Virus record (IMG/VR): IMGVR_UViG_3300050134_000033
Length of the DNA: 39,747 nucleotides
Source of the DNA: an uncultured virus (IMG/VR IMGVR_UViG_3300050134_000033)
Taxonomy: Duplodnaviria; Heunggongvirae; Uroviricota; Caudoviricetes
Direction: 5' to 3' (one strand)
Part shown: one piece after another, positions 9,050-17,051 of the stretch
Layout: every line of letters starts with the position of its first letter
Position numbering within the stretch: the stretch's first letter is position 1
The notes under the pieces: generated by a model
Told to the model about the DNA's origin: nothing
Database searches by the model: none
The model's input: only the letters and a program-made list of their open reading frames with translations
Made by a program: the position numbers and the translations under genes

Positions 9050-9240
9050 CGTGGCACAATCTTCATCGGCGGAACGATGGGCATCAACTTATCGAACTGT
9101 GCCCGCACGCCCAAATGGTCGGCGAGTCCGATTATCATCAGGCTCACTTCTAAATCCACCTTGCCCTGACTCTTGAAGTCCTTCAACAGGAGAAGCGCCA
9201 ACGCGATTTCTTCTTTGCCAGCTTCGGATAACTCTCTCAC
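9046..9240 (-). CDS. Hypothetical protein
   Basis: GTGA coupling; GAGGAG RBS. Confidence 0.5.
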   Translation of the reverse strand: MRELSEAGKEEIALALLLLKDFKSQGKVDLEVSLMIIGLADHLGVRAQFDKLMPIVPPMKIVPR

Positions 9241-9956
9241 TGCGGCGGCTCCTCTTCGGGTATCGTATCGACCGTCACGGGCGACTCAATCAATTGTACA
9301 CCAGAATTGCCGTTTGGGTAATCCCCATTGACAACAATGTGGAAACAGGGTTGCTTGAGTTCCTCTTCGACGATCACCAGCCCCAACGCATGGTAGTATT
9401 CGAGCCTGAATTCCAACCAACGAATCTGTTCGCCAGTCAACGGTCGGCGGGCGATGTCTACGGCGATGCCCGCTATATGGACCGATTCGAGTTCCCCGTG
9501 CGCGGGGGCGGCGTTCTTGTTCCACCGTATGAGGCTCCGTTGAACCTTGACCGTTCGGACGGCCGAGTCTATGAGAAGGGGCTGGTGGTATTCCCGGTAG
9601 AAAGCATCGCTCAGATCGAGCAGGAAGGCGGCGACCCATGGGCGGCAATACCGCCGCTTCGGGTCCAGCCGCTTATCCACCGCCAAACTGACACTCAGGG
9701 GCAGGGGCACCAATTCTTCTCGCTCCACCGCCGCCGACAACGCTGTGTTGTCCGCATACCGCTCAAGTCCTAGACGGTTAGCCTCGGCATTCTGGAGCAC
9801 GAGGGATTCATGGGAGGGCGGGAATGCGCGATAGGGGAGGGGCTTAGGCTTACGCTTGTGCTTGGAGTGGGCGGCGGCGACAGGGCGAACCGATTGCAGG
9901 GCACCAGCAAATGGCACCAGCGACAGGAGCACGAGCAACGTTAGGCCGCGTCTCAA
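9237..9956 (-). CDS. DUF5715-like / M15 (Hedgehog/DD-peptidase fold) zinc peptidase with signal peptide; endolysin candidate
   Basis: SAVRT...Q..L...N.NAA, SVHIAGIAVDI (SxHxxGxAxD) and E..QPCFHIVV; N-terminal MRRGLTLLVLLSLVPFAGA. Confidence 0.75.
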   Translation of the reverse strand: MRRGLTLLVLLSLVPFAGALQSVRPVAAAHSKHKRKPKPLPYRAFPPSHESLVLQNAEANRLGLERYADNTALSAAVEREELVPLPLSVSLAVDKRLDPKRRYCRPWVAAFLLDLSDAFYREYHQPLLIDSAVRTVKVQRSLIRWNKNAAPAHGELESVHIAGIAVDIARRPLTGEQIRWLEFRLEYYHALGLVIVEEELKQPCFHIVVNGDYPNGNSGVQLIESPVTVDTIPEEEPPQ

Positions 9957-9975
9957 ACTGGCTGACCTCCAGCGC

Positions 9976-10197
9976 CTACGCGATTCCGTGTTTCAGAACG
10001 TAGGCGACAACTTCTTCTGGGGCTATTCTACCATCGGCGGTGCCGTTTTGGATATGAATTACTGAAATATCTTTGGCTGCTTCTCGGTAAGCGTCGAACG
10101 AGGCTTCAACCCACTTACCACTGGGCGGGATGATCGCAACTGTGTGGTTTCCAACGAGATAGGTGTAGTTTTTCTTGCCGATCTGTATCCGGTACAT
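9976..10197 (-). CDS. Hypothetical protein
   Basis: AGGAGG RBS; 73 aa. Confidence 0.6.
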   Translation of the reverse strand: MYRIQIGKKNYTYLVGNHTVAIIPPSGKWVEASFDAYREAAKDISVIHIQNGTADGRIAPEEVVAYVLKHGIA

Positions 10198-10229
10198 GTT
10201 CCTCCTGAAGCGGTCAGAGATCGGAGGGC

Positions 10230-10661
10230 TTAAAAACCTCCCTCTAGTTTAATACCGAGATATTGCAGGACGGCTAGGAGTAGGGCGGGATTCTTTTCAA
10301 AATGCCCCAACAAAGCATTGCAGGAAATACACAACAGGCCGCGAACTTCACCCGTCTCATGGTTGTGATCTACGCATAGGCGCTTGCGCTTTTTACACAT
10401 GGCGCAGCGGTGGTTTTGTTTTCGTAGCAACTCTTGGTATTTTTCTTCGGAGATGCCATAGTGCCATTTACGCATGTAACGCGAGATTTTGTCCTTATTT
10501 CGACCCCTGTAGGCACCATTCCCCTTGGCGGTACAGGCAAGACAGTGATTCGCTTTCCCGCTAAGGGTTGCTCGGTTATTTCCGAACAAGGCTAGGGTCA
10601 ACCACGCTTCGCAGGCGGGACACCATTTCTCCTTGTCGTTGAATTTTCGGTTACGTCCCAC
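10230..10661 (-). CDS. Endonuclease VII-like (recombination endonuclease VII domain) protein
   Basis: YGISEEKY..L...Q..RCAMC...LCVDHNHETGEVRGLLCISCNALLG; GTG start after GAGGAAGG. Confidence 0.85.
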   Translation of the reverse strand: MGRNRKFNDKEKWCPACEAWLTLALFGNNRATLSGKANHCLACTAKGNGAYRGRNKDKISRYMRKWHYGISEEKYQELLRKQNHRCAMCKKRKRLCVDHNHETGEVRGLLCISCNALLGHFEKNPALLLAVLQYLGIKLEGGF

Positions 10662-10818
10662 TAAAGACCTTCCTCTTGAATGATACCGCAAACAGCAGGA
10701 AAATCCCCACGGCAAACTCTGGCGACCCCATAAACGAGCCGAGAATGAACCCGATGATCCACCCCATCGCGTTGAACACGAGCAGCTTTACGATGAATGC
10801 GGTCATGGGGTAGTCCAT
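10651..10818 (-). CDS. 55-aa two-TM membrane protein (not in ORF track), holin-like topology
   Basis: MDYPMTAFIVKLLVFNAMGWIIGFILGSFMGSPEFAVGIFLLFAVSFKRKVFSGT: two hydrophobic stretches and a basic tail. Confidence 0.5.
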   Translation of the reverse strand: MDYPMTAFIVKLLVFNAMGWIIGFILGSFMGSPEFAVGIFLLFAVSFKRKVFSGT

Positions 10819-10880
10819 AAAGTGTTGAAAACAAGCCTAATATAGTTGCATATTCCTATCGTTTCCGCCCCGCTTTTGGG

Positions 10881-10886
10881 TATAAT
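10881..10886 (+). promoter_or_regulatory. Consensus sigma70 -10 box TATAAT, 6 nt before ATG 10893 (leaderless start)
   Basis: Lies in a divergent intergenic region; no RBS; no convincing -35. Confidence 0.6.
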
Positions 10887-10892
10887 AGCGAC

Positions 10893-11660
10893 ATGGAAAC
10901 CGAAGACAAGCAGATCGAATTGCAGAAGTTCACCGACGCCCAAGTCATCCTGCAATACCTCTTTGGCGGCAAGAGCACGTTCACTCTCCAGAGTGTAGCA
11001 TCTGGTGAGCGTTTCACCTACAAGATTTCGGAATCCGCAAAGCGGGCGGGCGACAACCGTCCTCCAGTCTTCTTCGTCTCGGTCCTCACTGGACCCGACA
11101 ACAGCGACAATTTCAGTTTCGTCGGCACCATCTTCGAGCGCAAGACCTTCAAGTTCAGCCCCAAGGCGGGGTATCGCGTGGACAGCCCCTCAGTGAAGGC
11201 GTTCTCGTGGGCGTTCTCGAACTTCGTCGGCAACATCGTACCGGACAAACTCGAATTCTGGCCCTCGTCACACTGCGCTCGGTGCGGTCGCAAGCTGACA
11301 GTTCCGACCTCGGTGCACAACGGCTTCGGTCCTGAGTGCATCACCAAGGTCGGCGTGGGCATGAACAATCAGCCTCTCAACAAACAAGCGGCGAGCGCCG
11401 AGGCATTCTCGGCGGCGGGCGGCACGCAGAACCCGTTGTTCCAGCAGGCGGCTACTCGACTGACGGACAGTTACAAGGTCGGTCATGTGGATGCCGATGC
11501 CGAGATTCGCCGCATGGTCAACGCTCTTCGCAGCTTCTCCCCTGAGAACTTCACCATGGACGGCGAAATGACTCAGCAGGAAGCCACGAATTTCTGGTTC
11601 AAGCGTTACAAAAAGCAGCCCTTAACCTCTGCGGAACTCGCAGAAATGGAGGCCCGTTAA
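10893..11660 (+). CDS. DUF6011-domain phage protein
   Basis: HCARCGRKLTVPTSVHNGFGPEC motif, preceded by an 'FTL.S..SG.RFTYKI...FFVSVLTGPDN' domain. Confidence 0.75.
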   Translation: METEDKQIELQKFTDAQVILQYLFGGKSTFTLQSVASGERFTYKISESAKRAGDNRPPVFFVSVLTGPDNSDNFSFVGTIFERKTFKFSPKAGYRVDSPSVKAFSWAFSNFVGNIVPDKLEFWPSSHCARCGRKLTVPTSVHNGFGPECITKVGVGMNNQPLNKQAASAEAFSAAGGTQNPLFQQAATRLTDSYKVGHVDADAEIRRMVNALRSFSPENFTMDGEMTQQEATNFWFKRYKKQPLTSAELAEMEAR

Positions 11661-11662
11661 TC

Positions 11663-11821
11663 ATGAAGTCCCTCTGGAATGATGAACGCGGACAGGATGT
11701 AGTCGAGTATGCGGTGATGTTGGCCGTGATGCTCGTGATCGTGATCGGCGTAATTCGGCTGATCGGCAGCAACGCCAGCAACGTGTTCAGCCAGATCGGT
11801 AGCAAGATCGGCAGTCAGTAA
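11663..11821 (+). CDS. flp: Flp/Fap (Tad) prepilin, 52 aa (not in ORF track)
   Basis: MKSLWNDERG|QDVVEYAVMLAVMLVIVIGVIRLIGSNASNVFSQIGSKIGSQ has G(-1), E5-Y6, the hydrophobic helix and the conserved late Phe. GGAGG RBS at 11648-11652. Confidence 0.9.
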   Translation: MKSLWNDERGQDVVEYAVMLAVMLVIVIGVIRLIGSNASNVFSQIGSKIGSQ

Positions 11822-11843
11822 ATTTGCAGTTCAGGAGATCACC

Positions 11844-12158
11844 ATGACATACAAGGGAATGGAATTCGCCAGCAGCGTTACCGAAGACAGAGCGCAGTTT
11901 TCGGCGGGCAGCACACTCCAACTTGCCCCGCACATTTCCGACCGGGTGAAAGAGGCGTTGAACGCCCTGCCAATTTTCCAAGGTGCGGAAATGCACGAGT
12001 TGATGGCGGAAGCCGAAGCGAAGATGGGCGGCAAGCGCAAGGTCAGCGACCGCTTCACAGCGATGCTGGTGATCGCCGGAACCCGCGACCTGAACCACCC
12101 CGCGTTGCAGCGCAAGCGTGTTACGCGGGACGTTGGAATGCCACAGTACGCAAAGTAG
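11844..12158 (+). CDS. Hypothetical protein
   Basis: AGGAG RBS; lies within the + strand cassette. Confidence 0.6.
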   Translation: MTYKGMEFASSVTEDRAQFSAGSTLQLAPHISDRVKEALNALPIFQGAEMHELMAEAEAKMGGKRKVSDRFTAMLVIAGTRDLNHPALQRKRVTRDVGMPQYAK

Positions 12159-12195
12159 TTGCAGTCGTCCGATTCTAGTTGTGGAGAAAATTCAA

Positions 12196-12366
12196 ATGGG
12201 TACACGCAAGGTGAGAGACAAATGGGGTCGTGAAATTGCGATCTACAACGACAACGGATTCTACATCGCGATGCATGGCGGTGTGCAGGTTGCCGCAGGC
12301 ACGAATGAGCAGGTGACGTTGTGGTTGACTCGGACGGCGGACCCAATTTCGACTTCGACTTTCTAG
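12196..12366 (+). CDS. Hypothetical small protein
   Basis: GGAG RBS; MGTRKVRDKWGREIAIYNDNGFYIAM... Confidence 0.55.
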   Translation: MGTRKVRDKWGREIAIYNDNGFYIAMHGGVQVAAGTNEQVTLWLTRTADPISTSTF

Positions 12367-12375
12367 GGGGTTGTC

Positions 12376-12540
12376 ATGAACGGACTTCTGTTACCACTGT
12401 TGCTGGTTCTCCTGAATGTGCTAGTATTCATCAGGATCAAGGCGTACAGGACGTTTCTCGAATTCCTGCCGCTCCTCCTCCTGATCGTGGTCTTCGCCGC
12501 CGAATGGCGAGATCGATTCGTGGCTTGGAGAGTGCTGTGA
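12376..12540 (+). CDS. 54-aa two-TM membrane protein (not in ORF track)
   Basis: MNGLLLPLLLVLLNVLVFIRIKAYRTFLEFLPLLLLIVVFAAEWRDRFVAWRVL; AGGGGG RBS; GTGA coupling to the next gene. Confidence 0.55.
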   Translation: MNGLLLPLLLVLLNVLVFIRIKAYRTFLEFLPLLLLIVVFAAEWRDRFVAWRVL

Positions 12541-12755
12541 ACTTGGACCTCTTCACTTACGACGTGTACTGGTCGCCTGAGGGTCGCTGCATAGCGACTG
12601 TGTTGGCTCTCACCGCACAAAAAGCCATACGGAAGGCACCGAAGCCCTATCGCAAGTATCTGGGCGAAATGTACGCCTATCGCGTCCTTCGCCCCAAAGA
12701 ACAGTGCAACGGGGAATGGAATTGCAACCGTCACGCGGAGCATAGAAACCGATGA
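12537..12755 (+). CDS. Hypothetical phage protein
   Basis: GTG start coupled to the upstream stop; YWSPEGRCIATV...APKPYRKYLGEMYA. Confidence 0.55.
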   Translation: MNLDLFTYDVYWSPEGRCIATVLALTAQKAIRKAPKPYRKYLGEMYAYRVLRPKEQCNGEWNCNRHAEHRNR

Positions 12756-13147
12756 AACGTTCTCCTCTCAAAAAGCAATTGAAAGCCAAAGCTGCCCGGA
12801 GCCGGGAGCGAGTCGCCAAGGGGCGCAATCGTAAGCTGGTGATCGGCGACGTGACCTTCACGTACTTCATTGGCAGAGCGTTCACCGACATCCGTGGGCC
12901 GCAGGAGAAGTGGTTGGTCGGACACTGGACGATGAACAAGATGACGCAGGAGCAGTACGAAGACTTCCCCACGGCGAGCGTGGAGACGGGTTGCTTCTGC
13001 ATGACCTGCGATTGCGGGGGCTGGCACCGCGACTCCTCACTGTGCATTACCCCAAGCAAGATTCGTGAATTCCTGATCGCTCACGGTGCCTCAACAAAGC
13101 TGGCGATGTCTCCAGCACGTAGGTCGCGAAAGTATGGGGCTGCCTAA
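12752..13147 (+). CDS. Hypothetical basic protein with Cys cluster
   Basis: ATGA coupling; CFCMTCDC...ITPSKIREFL. Confidence 0.55.
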   Translation: MKRSPLKKQLKAKAARSRERVAKGRNRKLVIGDVTFTYFIGRAFTDIRGPQEKWLVGHWTMNKMTQEQYEDFPTASVETGCFCMTCDCGGWHRDSSLCITPSKIREFLIAHGASTKLAMSPARRSRKYGAA

Positions 13148-13292
13148 CGTTCGTAGCCAGTTCTTGTGGTGGTGTGGGACGGCATCGGCGGTTGGTCTGA
13201 TCGTAGCGTGGTTCGGATACCACGCGAAGCCCGAGACACTCGGGTTCTGGTTGGTGGTGATGATTGTATTCTACGAAGGAGCATTCGAATGA
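13134..13292 (+). CDS. Small two-TM membrane protein
   Basis: FLWWCGTASAVGLIVAWFG...LGFWLVVMIVFY. Confidence 0.45.
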   Translation: MGLPNVRSQFLWWCGTASAVGLIVAWFGYHAKPETLGFWLVVMIVFYEGAFE

Positions 13293-13600
13293 GATTCATC
13301 GACGAAGTTTGCAACCTATTCGACGTGGAAGTCATTTGCGACATTGAAGAGGTCGAACACGATCCCCTCGGCGTGGACTGGACGGGGTTACGCGAGCCCG
13401 AGACGCGAGTGCGGCCTGTCGTAGCAATTGGATCACGCGGAGAACCCGGCGCGGGGCTGGTGAGTTTCGTTATGACGCCGTGGTTCAACAACCTCGAACA
13501 ACTCAATGCTTTCTTGCAGTGGCATATCGAACTTCTACGGAAGCTGGATGGGGCTGACACGCCCGCTCCCTGCATGATCGACTGGAGTATCCCCTACTAA
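13289..13600 (+). CDS. Hypothetical acidic protein
   Basis: AAGGAG RBS; ATGA coupling. Confidence 0.55.
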   Translation: MRFIDEVCNLFDVEVICDIEEVEHDPLGVDWTGLREPETRVRPVVAIGSRGEPGAGLVSFVMTPWFNNLEQLNAFLQWHIELLRKLDGADTPAPCMIDWSIPY

Positions 13601-13908
13601 AAGTCCGGGTGACCCAAGTTGGGCTGTTCAGATTCGAACGGTACGTCTTCTTCCCACCAAGCCATAACAGTCTCGCTGCCTGCGGGAACCTCGGTGTATC
13701 CGGCATCGACCACGACGTAGTATTCCGAGGGCTTACGAGCCGCCTTAGCCTCCTCGAACTTCTTGTCGCTGGCGTCCAGCACGATGCACTTGTGGTGCTC
13801 TTGCGGGTCTTTCTTGTACAGGCCGATGGCGGCATGACCGCACTGCCCGCCTATCTTGTTCGCGCTCATCTTGAGGTTCTTGCGAACCAGCAGCTTTAGC
13901 TTTTTCAT
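13597..13908 (-). CDS. pth2: Peptidyl-tRNA hydrolase, PTH2 family
   Basis: VRKNLKMSANKIGGQCGHAA, K.IVL and VVDAGYTEVPAGSETV motifs. Confidence 0.85.
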   Translation of the reverse strand: MKKLKLLVRKNLKMSANKIGGQCGHAAIGLYKKDPQEHHKCIVLDASDKKFEEAKAARKPSEYYVVVDAGYTEVPAGSETVMAWWEEDVPFESEQPNLGHPDF

Positions 13909-14099
13909 CGCCCGTCCTGATTCGACGTTGTTTCAGGGCACACTTTATGTTGCGTGATGCCCCACTTGGCGGCTATCGGCAGATGGCATTTGGTACAGTA
14001 CACGGATGGCTCAGGTGCGTACCTTCTCTTGATGTCCGCTTCTACGGAGTCGTAATCCTCGTCATTGTGTCGGCGTTGTCCTAATCTATCGACCCACAT
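13905..14099 (-). CDS. Hypothetical small zinc-ribbon protein
   Basis: CTKCH...HKVC; TAATG coupling. Confidence 0.5.
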   Translation of the reverse strand: MWVDRLGQRRHNDEDYDSVEADIKRRYAPEPSVYCTKCHLPIAAKWGITQHKVCPETTSNQDGR

Positions 14100-14500
14100 T
14101 ATTTGTCGCTCCAGTCGCTCCAATTACCCGGGCAAGAGCATGGGTTATCGGGGCATTCAATGCAGCCGCTCGATGTCGGCTGCGTGGTTGGTGTAGTAGT
14201 GGATGGTGTGACGCTGCAACTAACTTCCGCCTGCGGGGTCTGGAACTCCCAAGCCGTCTTCGGCAGCACCGTGCACAGGGCGTGGCGTGCCTTATCGTAG
14301 ACGACGTTCAGGCTTGTCTCTTGATGATCTACCTTCCAGAGTGTGCGGTTGTTGGACGTGCGGGATACGAAGTCGGCTTCCCCTGTCTGGATTTTCTGAA
14401 CGATCTCACGGCGGGCTTCTTTATTCAGCACAATGCCGTACCGCTCTTCGGCGGCAGCCTTAGCGTGCGCTTCGAGAATCTTCTTGGTCTTCTTCGACAT
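14099..14500 (-). CDS. Hypothetical phage protein
   Basis: HAK..AEERYGI...SNNRTLWKV...VVYDK.R....TVLP; AAGGA RBS. Confidence 0.6.
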   Translation of the reverse strand: MSKKTKKILEAHAKAAAEERYGIVLNKEARREIVQKIQTGEADFVSRTSNNRTLWKVDHQETSLNVVYDKARHALCTVLPKTAWEFQTPQAEVSCSVTPSTTTPTTQPTSSGCIECPDNPCSCPGNWSDWSDK

Positions 14501-14536
14501 GGGGTTCCTTACTAAGGATACCAGAAAACCCCAAGT

Positions 14537-14704
14537 TTAGCCAAGATGGTCGTTCAGGAGGGTGACACCGAAATAGTCGCAGTTCTGCCGCAAAAAATCG
14601 ATGCATTCATGGATAGCGGCTTCACGGATTTGTTCGGGTGTGGCGTCCTTCGGGACAGGACGCAGGTCGATGGGCGTGTCGTAGCGGTCGATCTCAGTGC
14701 TCAT
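14537..14704 (-). CDS. Hypothetical small protein
   Basis: GGAG RBS; 55 aa. Confidence 0.45.
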   Translation of the reverse strand: MSTEIDRYDTPIDLRPVPKDATPEQIREAAIHECIDFLRQNCDYFGVTLLNDHLG

Positions 14705-14791
14705 AGCTCTCCAGCCGTCGCAGCAACTTAAATGCCGCACGCTGCGAAGAGTCCATGGTAACGTATTTCAACCAATAACGCCAGTGTTTCA

Positions 14792-15301
14792 TTACAGCTT
14801 CTTGGCTTCATCCTCAACGTCGGTGACGGCTTCCTTGGCGTCAGCCTCAACTACGGGGACGATCTTGGCAGCTTCCGCCTTGGCATCGGCGATGATCTTC
14901 TCGGCTTCGGCTTTCGCATCGGCCTTGATTCCATCAGCCACGACTTGAGCGTCGGCTATGGTCTTCGTGACCTGTGCCTTGGTGTCGTCAACGATCTTCT
15001 GAGCATCGGTCTTGGCGTCGGCGATGATACCCTTGGCGACTGCCTTGGCGTCCTTGTCCACATCGGCGATATCGGCCTTTGCCTTCGGAGCGATCTTCTC
15101 GACCTCAGCTTCGACCTTCGCTTCACCGTTCAGGAATGCGGCGTAAGCGTAAGCCAGCGCCTCACCGAAAACGTGGTTGTGGAATTGAACGAAGGTTACC
15201 GAGCCTTCGAGGGTGTGCTGGACGCGAACTGCGTATACGCCGTCAGACTGCTTTTCGACGGTTGCGGGTACTGCCTGAGGTACTACTGTTGATGTTGCCA
15301 T
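14792..15301 (-). CDS. Ala/Lys/Asp-rich helical protein with 11-residue repeats
   Basis: AAGGAG RBS before ATG 15301; repeats of the type AEKIIADAKAE. Confidence 0.7.
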   Translation of the reverse strand: MATSTVVPQAVPATVEKQSDGVYAVRVQHTLEGSVTFVQFHNHVFGEALAYAYAAFLNGEAKVEAEVEKIAPKAKADIADVDKDAKAVAKGIIADAKTDAQKIVDDTKAQVTKTIADAQVVADGIKADAKAEAEKIIADAKAEAAKIVPVVEADAKEAVTDVEDEAKKL

Positions 15302-15309
15302 GATGCTCC

Positions 15310-15705
15310 TTAATTGATAACGACGCCGCTGGACGGGCGAGTTTCGAGTGCGAGATTGTAATTCGTGACAACGTAGGCTGTTCGCTTTGTCTTCCGTGCA
15401 ACCTGAATCGCACGCTTGACCTTCTTCTTCAGCAGTCTCACTTCCGAAGTCGGGATGCCGGGGGCGTTGATTGAAAGGAACTCGGTTTTTCGATCCCAGC
15501 ACATGTTCACCATGGCGACATCGTAGTTCGTGACGACGGTATATCTCGGATCGCTGAGCGCCTCCGCGTAGTGGCATTCCAGAGCCGTAACCTCCGAGGT
15601 TGGAATGTCGGGAGCGATAACGAAGATGAGGTTGACGTAGTTAGAGGGCACAACAACGGCCTTCATGCCTTTGTCTTTGCGAACGGTCTTCTTGTTGGTT
15701 TGCAT
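15310..15705 (-). CDS. Hypothetical protein with two-fold internal repeat (AP.IPTSEV...VVTNY)
   Basis: AAGGA RBS; repeat read directly from the translation. Confidence 0.65.
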   Translation of the reverse strand: MQTNKKTVRKDKGMKAVVVPSNYVNLIFVIAPDIPTSEVTALECHYAEALSDPRYTVVTNYDVAMVNMCWDRKTEFLSINAPGIPTSEVRLLKKKVKRAIQVARKTKRTAYVVTNYNLALETRPSSGVVIN

Positions 15706-15712
15706 GGTGTCC

Positions 15713-16372
15713 TTATGCCTGAGACGGATCATCTTCGAGGTCTGGCAGCAAAGCATCTTCTGCGAGACGTGTTACCCGTGGGTCTTCTGGAACACCATCC
15801 ATATCGAGGATGTCCATGCCCGGAGTTTCGAGTTCGATTTCACCCACTTGAACTGTGTTGGGGCGGCGGCCAGCGGGATTCGTAACGGTAACTCCCGTCA
15901 CAGGTGTCCTGCCGCTTACGGCTGCACGGCGGCTAAGTCCTGCTCCGCTGTGGTCGCGATTGACGGTGCGGACTTGGGTCGGGTCACGACGCGGACCAGC
16001 TTGAGGGGCGGGAACACCACTGCCGCCGCCAGACGCGGGAGCGACATGCACCCGAGCAGGACGACGAGCGATGGGAATGCTGGTGACTGTTTCACCGGAC
16101 GAACCGTCGAGGGTTGTCGTAGTGGCGACTGGAAGAGGATGTAGGTGAACGGGTGTCGCCGAAAGGCTCTCAGCTTCGCGATTCACGTCCTCGACCAAGA
16201 TCATGCCCATCATATCGGAGAGTTCTTTACTCGCCTTGTGTTTCTTGCAGGGTGAGTAAATGCCTTCGGCGATGGGGTCTTTGTACTGCGGGTCCTTGAA
16301 CTCACGGACGGCCCTGCAACCACATTCGCGTTCCACGCTTAGCCGATGTACGTTTGTCTTTTCGACCTTCAT
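15713..16372 (-). CDS. Hypothetical protein: N-terminal Cys/His motif, disordered C-terminus
   Basis: CGC...CKKH; GAGG RBS. Confidence 0.6.
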   Translation of the reverse strand: MKVEKTNVHRLSVERECGCRAVREFKDPQYKDPIAEGIYSPCKKHKASKELSDMMGMILVEDVNREAESLSATPVHLHPLPVATTTTLDGSSGETVTSIPIARRPARVHVAPASGGGSGVPAPQAGPRRDPTQVRTVNRDHSGAGLSRRAAVSGRTPVTGVTVTNPAGRRPNTVQVGEIELETPGMDILDMDGVPEDPRVTRLAEDALLPDLEDDPSQA

Positions 16373-16386
16373 AAGTGCCTCTACCC

Positions 16387-16599
16387 TTACAATTCCGTAG
16401 TGGGGTCCAGAGAGGGCTGCCCCATCAGAGTGAGTGCGAAATTCAGTGTTTTTAGGGCAATTTCGCGCTTCCTATCGCCCGTCAAACGCTTCGCAAATTC
16501 ATTCTGAAAACGAAGCTCCAACATCGGGGCGTTCTCATCCTCGGCATCGCCAAGGTAGTAGAGCCGTTCCCCGATGGTTGGACAGAATTCCAGCTTCAT
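16387..16599 (-). CDS. Hypothetical protein
   Basis: TAATG coupling. Confidence 0.55.
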   Translation of the reverse strand: MKLEFCPTIGERLYYLGDAEDENAPMLELRFQNEFAKRLTGDRKREIALKTLNFALTLMGQPSLDPTTEL

Positions 16600-16994
16600 T
16601 ACGCCGTGACTTTCGCGTTCTTTTTCGCCTTCTTGACGGGCGCTGTCACTTGCGTGGCTGCTCCGTTGGTCGGCGCTGCTGTCGCTACTGGTGCGGGCGT
16701 TGCCGCAGGAGCAGCGGGCGGTACAGCGGGTGTGGCCTGAGCATCGACACCCTGTGCAATCACTGCCGGGGGTTCGGGCTTCTTCAGGTCGATGGGGAAG
16801 TTGATGATCTGGCGGAAGTATTGCTGGTTCTCGCCCTTCTCATCCTTCTGCTCAAAAAGTACCCCAAGAGATGATACGCCGGGTTGAAGCTGGCGCAGGT
16901 TGAGCTTGTCGGGCGTGGTGACAAATGGAATGGCCTCAGTTGCTACAACCTTCCCAGATTCGTCGGTTTGGTCAAAAAGAAATACGATCTTCAT
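16599..16994 (-). CDS. Hypothetical protein with Ala/Pro/Lys-rich tail
   Basis: GAGGAG RBS; GTATTA motif upstream at 17016-17021. Confidence 0.65.
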   Translation of the reverse strand: MKIVFLFDQTDESGKVVATEAIPFVTTPDKLNLRQLQPGVSSLGVLFEQKDEKGENQQYFRQIINFPIDLKKPEPPAVIAQGVDAQATPAVPPAAPAATPAPVATAAPTNGAATQVTAPVKKAKKNAKVTA

Positions 16995-17051
16995 GTTGTT
17001 GCTCTCCTCATTACCTAATACCAGATTTTGTTGAAAAACTAGGGATTATTT

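Noticed and set aside
10819..10845. TGTTGAAAA element (also at 17029-17037) as a dif-like or operator site
   Set aside because: Only a short AT-rich match with weak symmetry; could easily be chance.
14792..15577. ORF-track starts for several genes (15577, 15756, 10715, 20346, 30374, 33652, 34709)
   Set aside because: These longest-ORF starts overlap upstream genes or promoters; downstream starts with an RBS or the GTATTA motif fit better.
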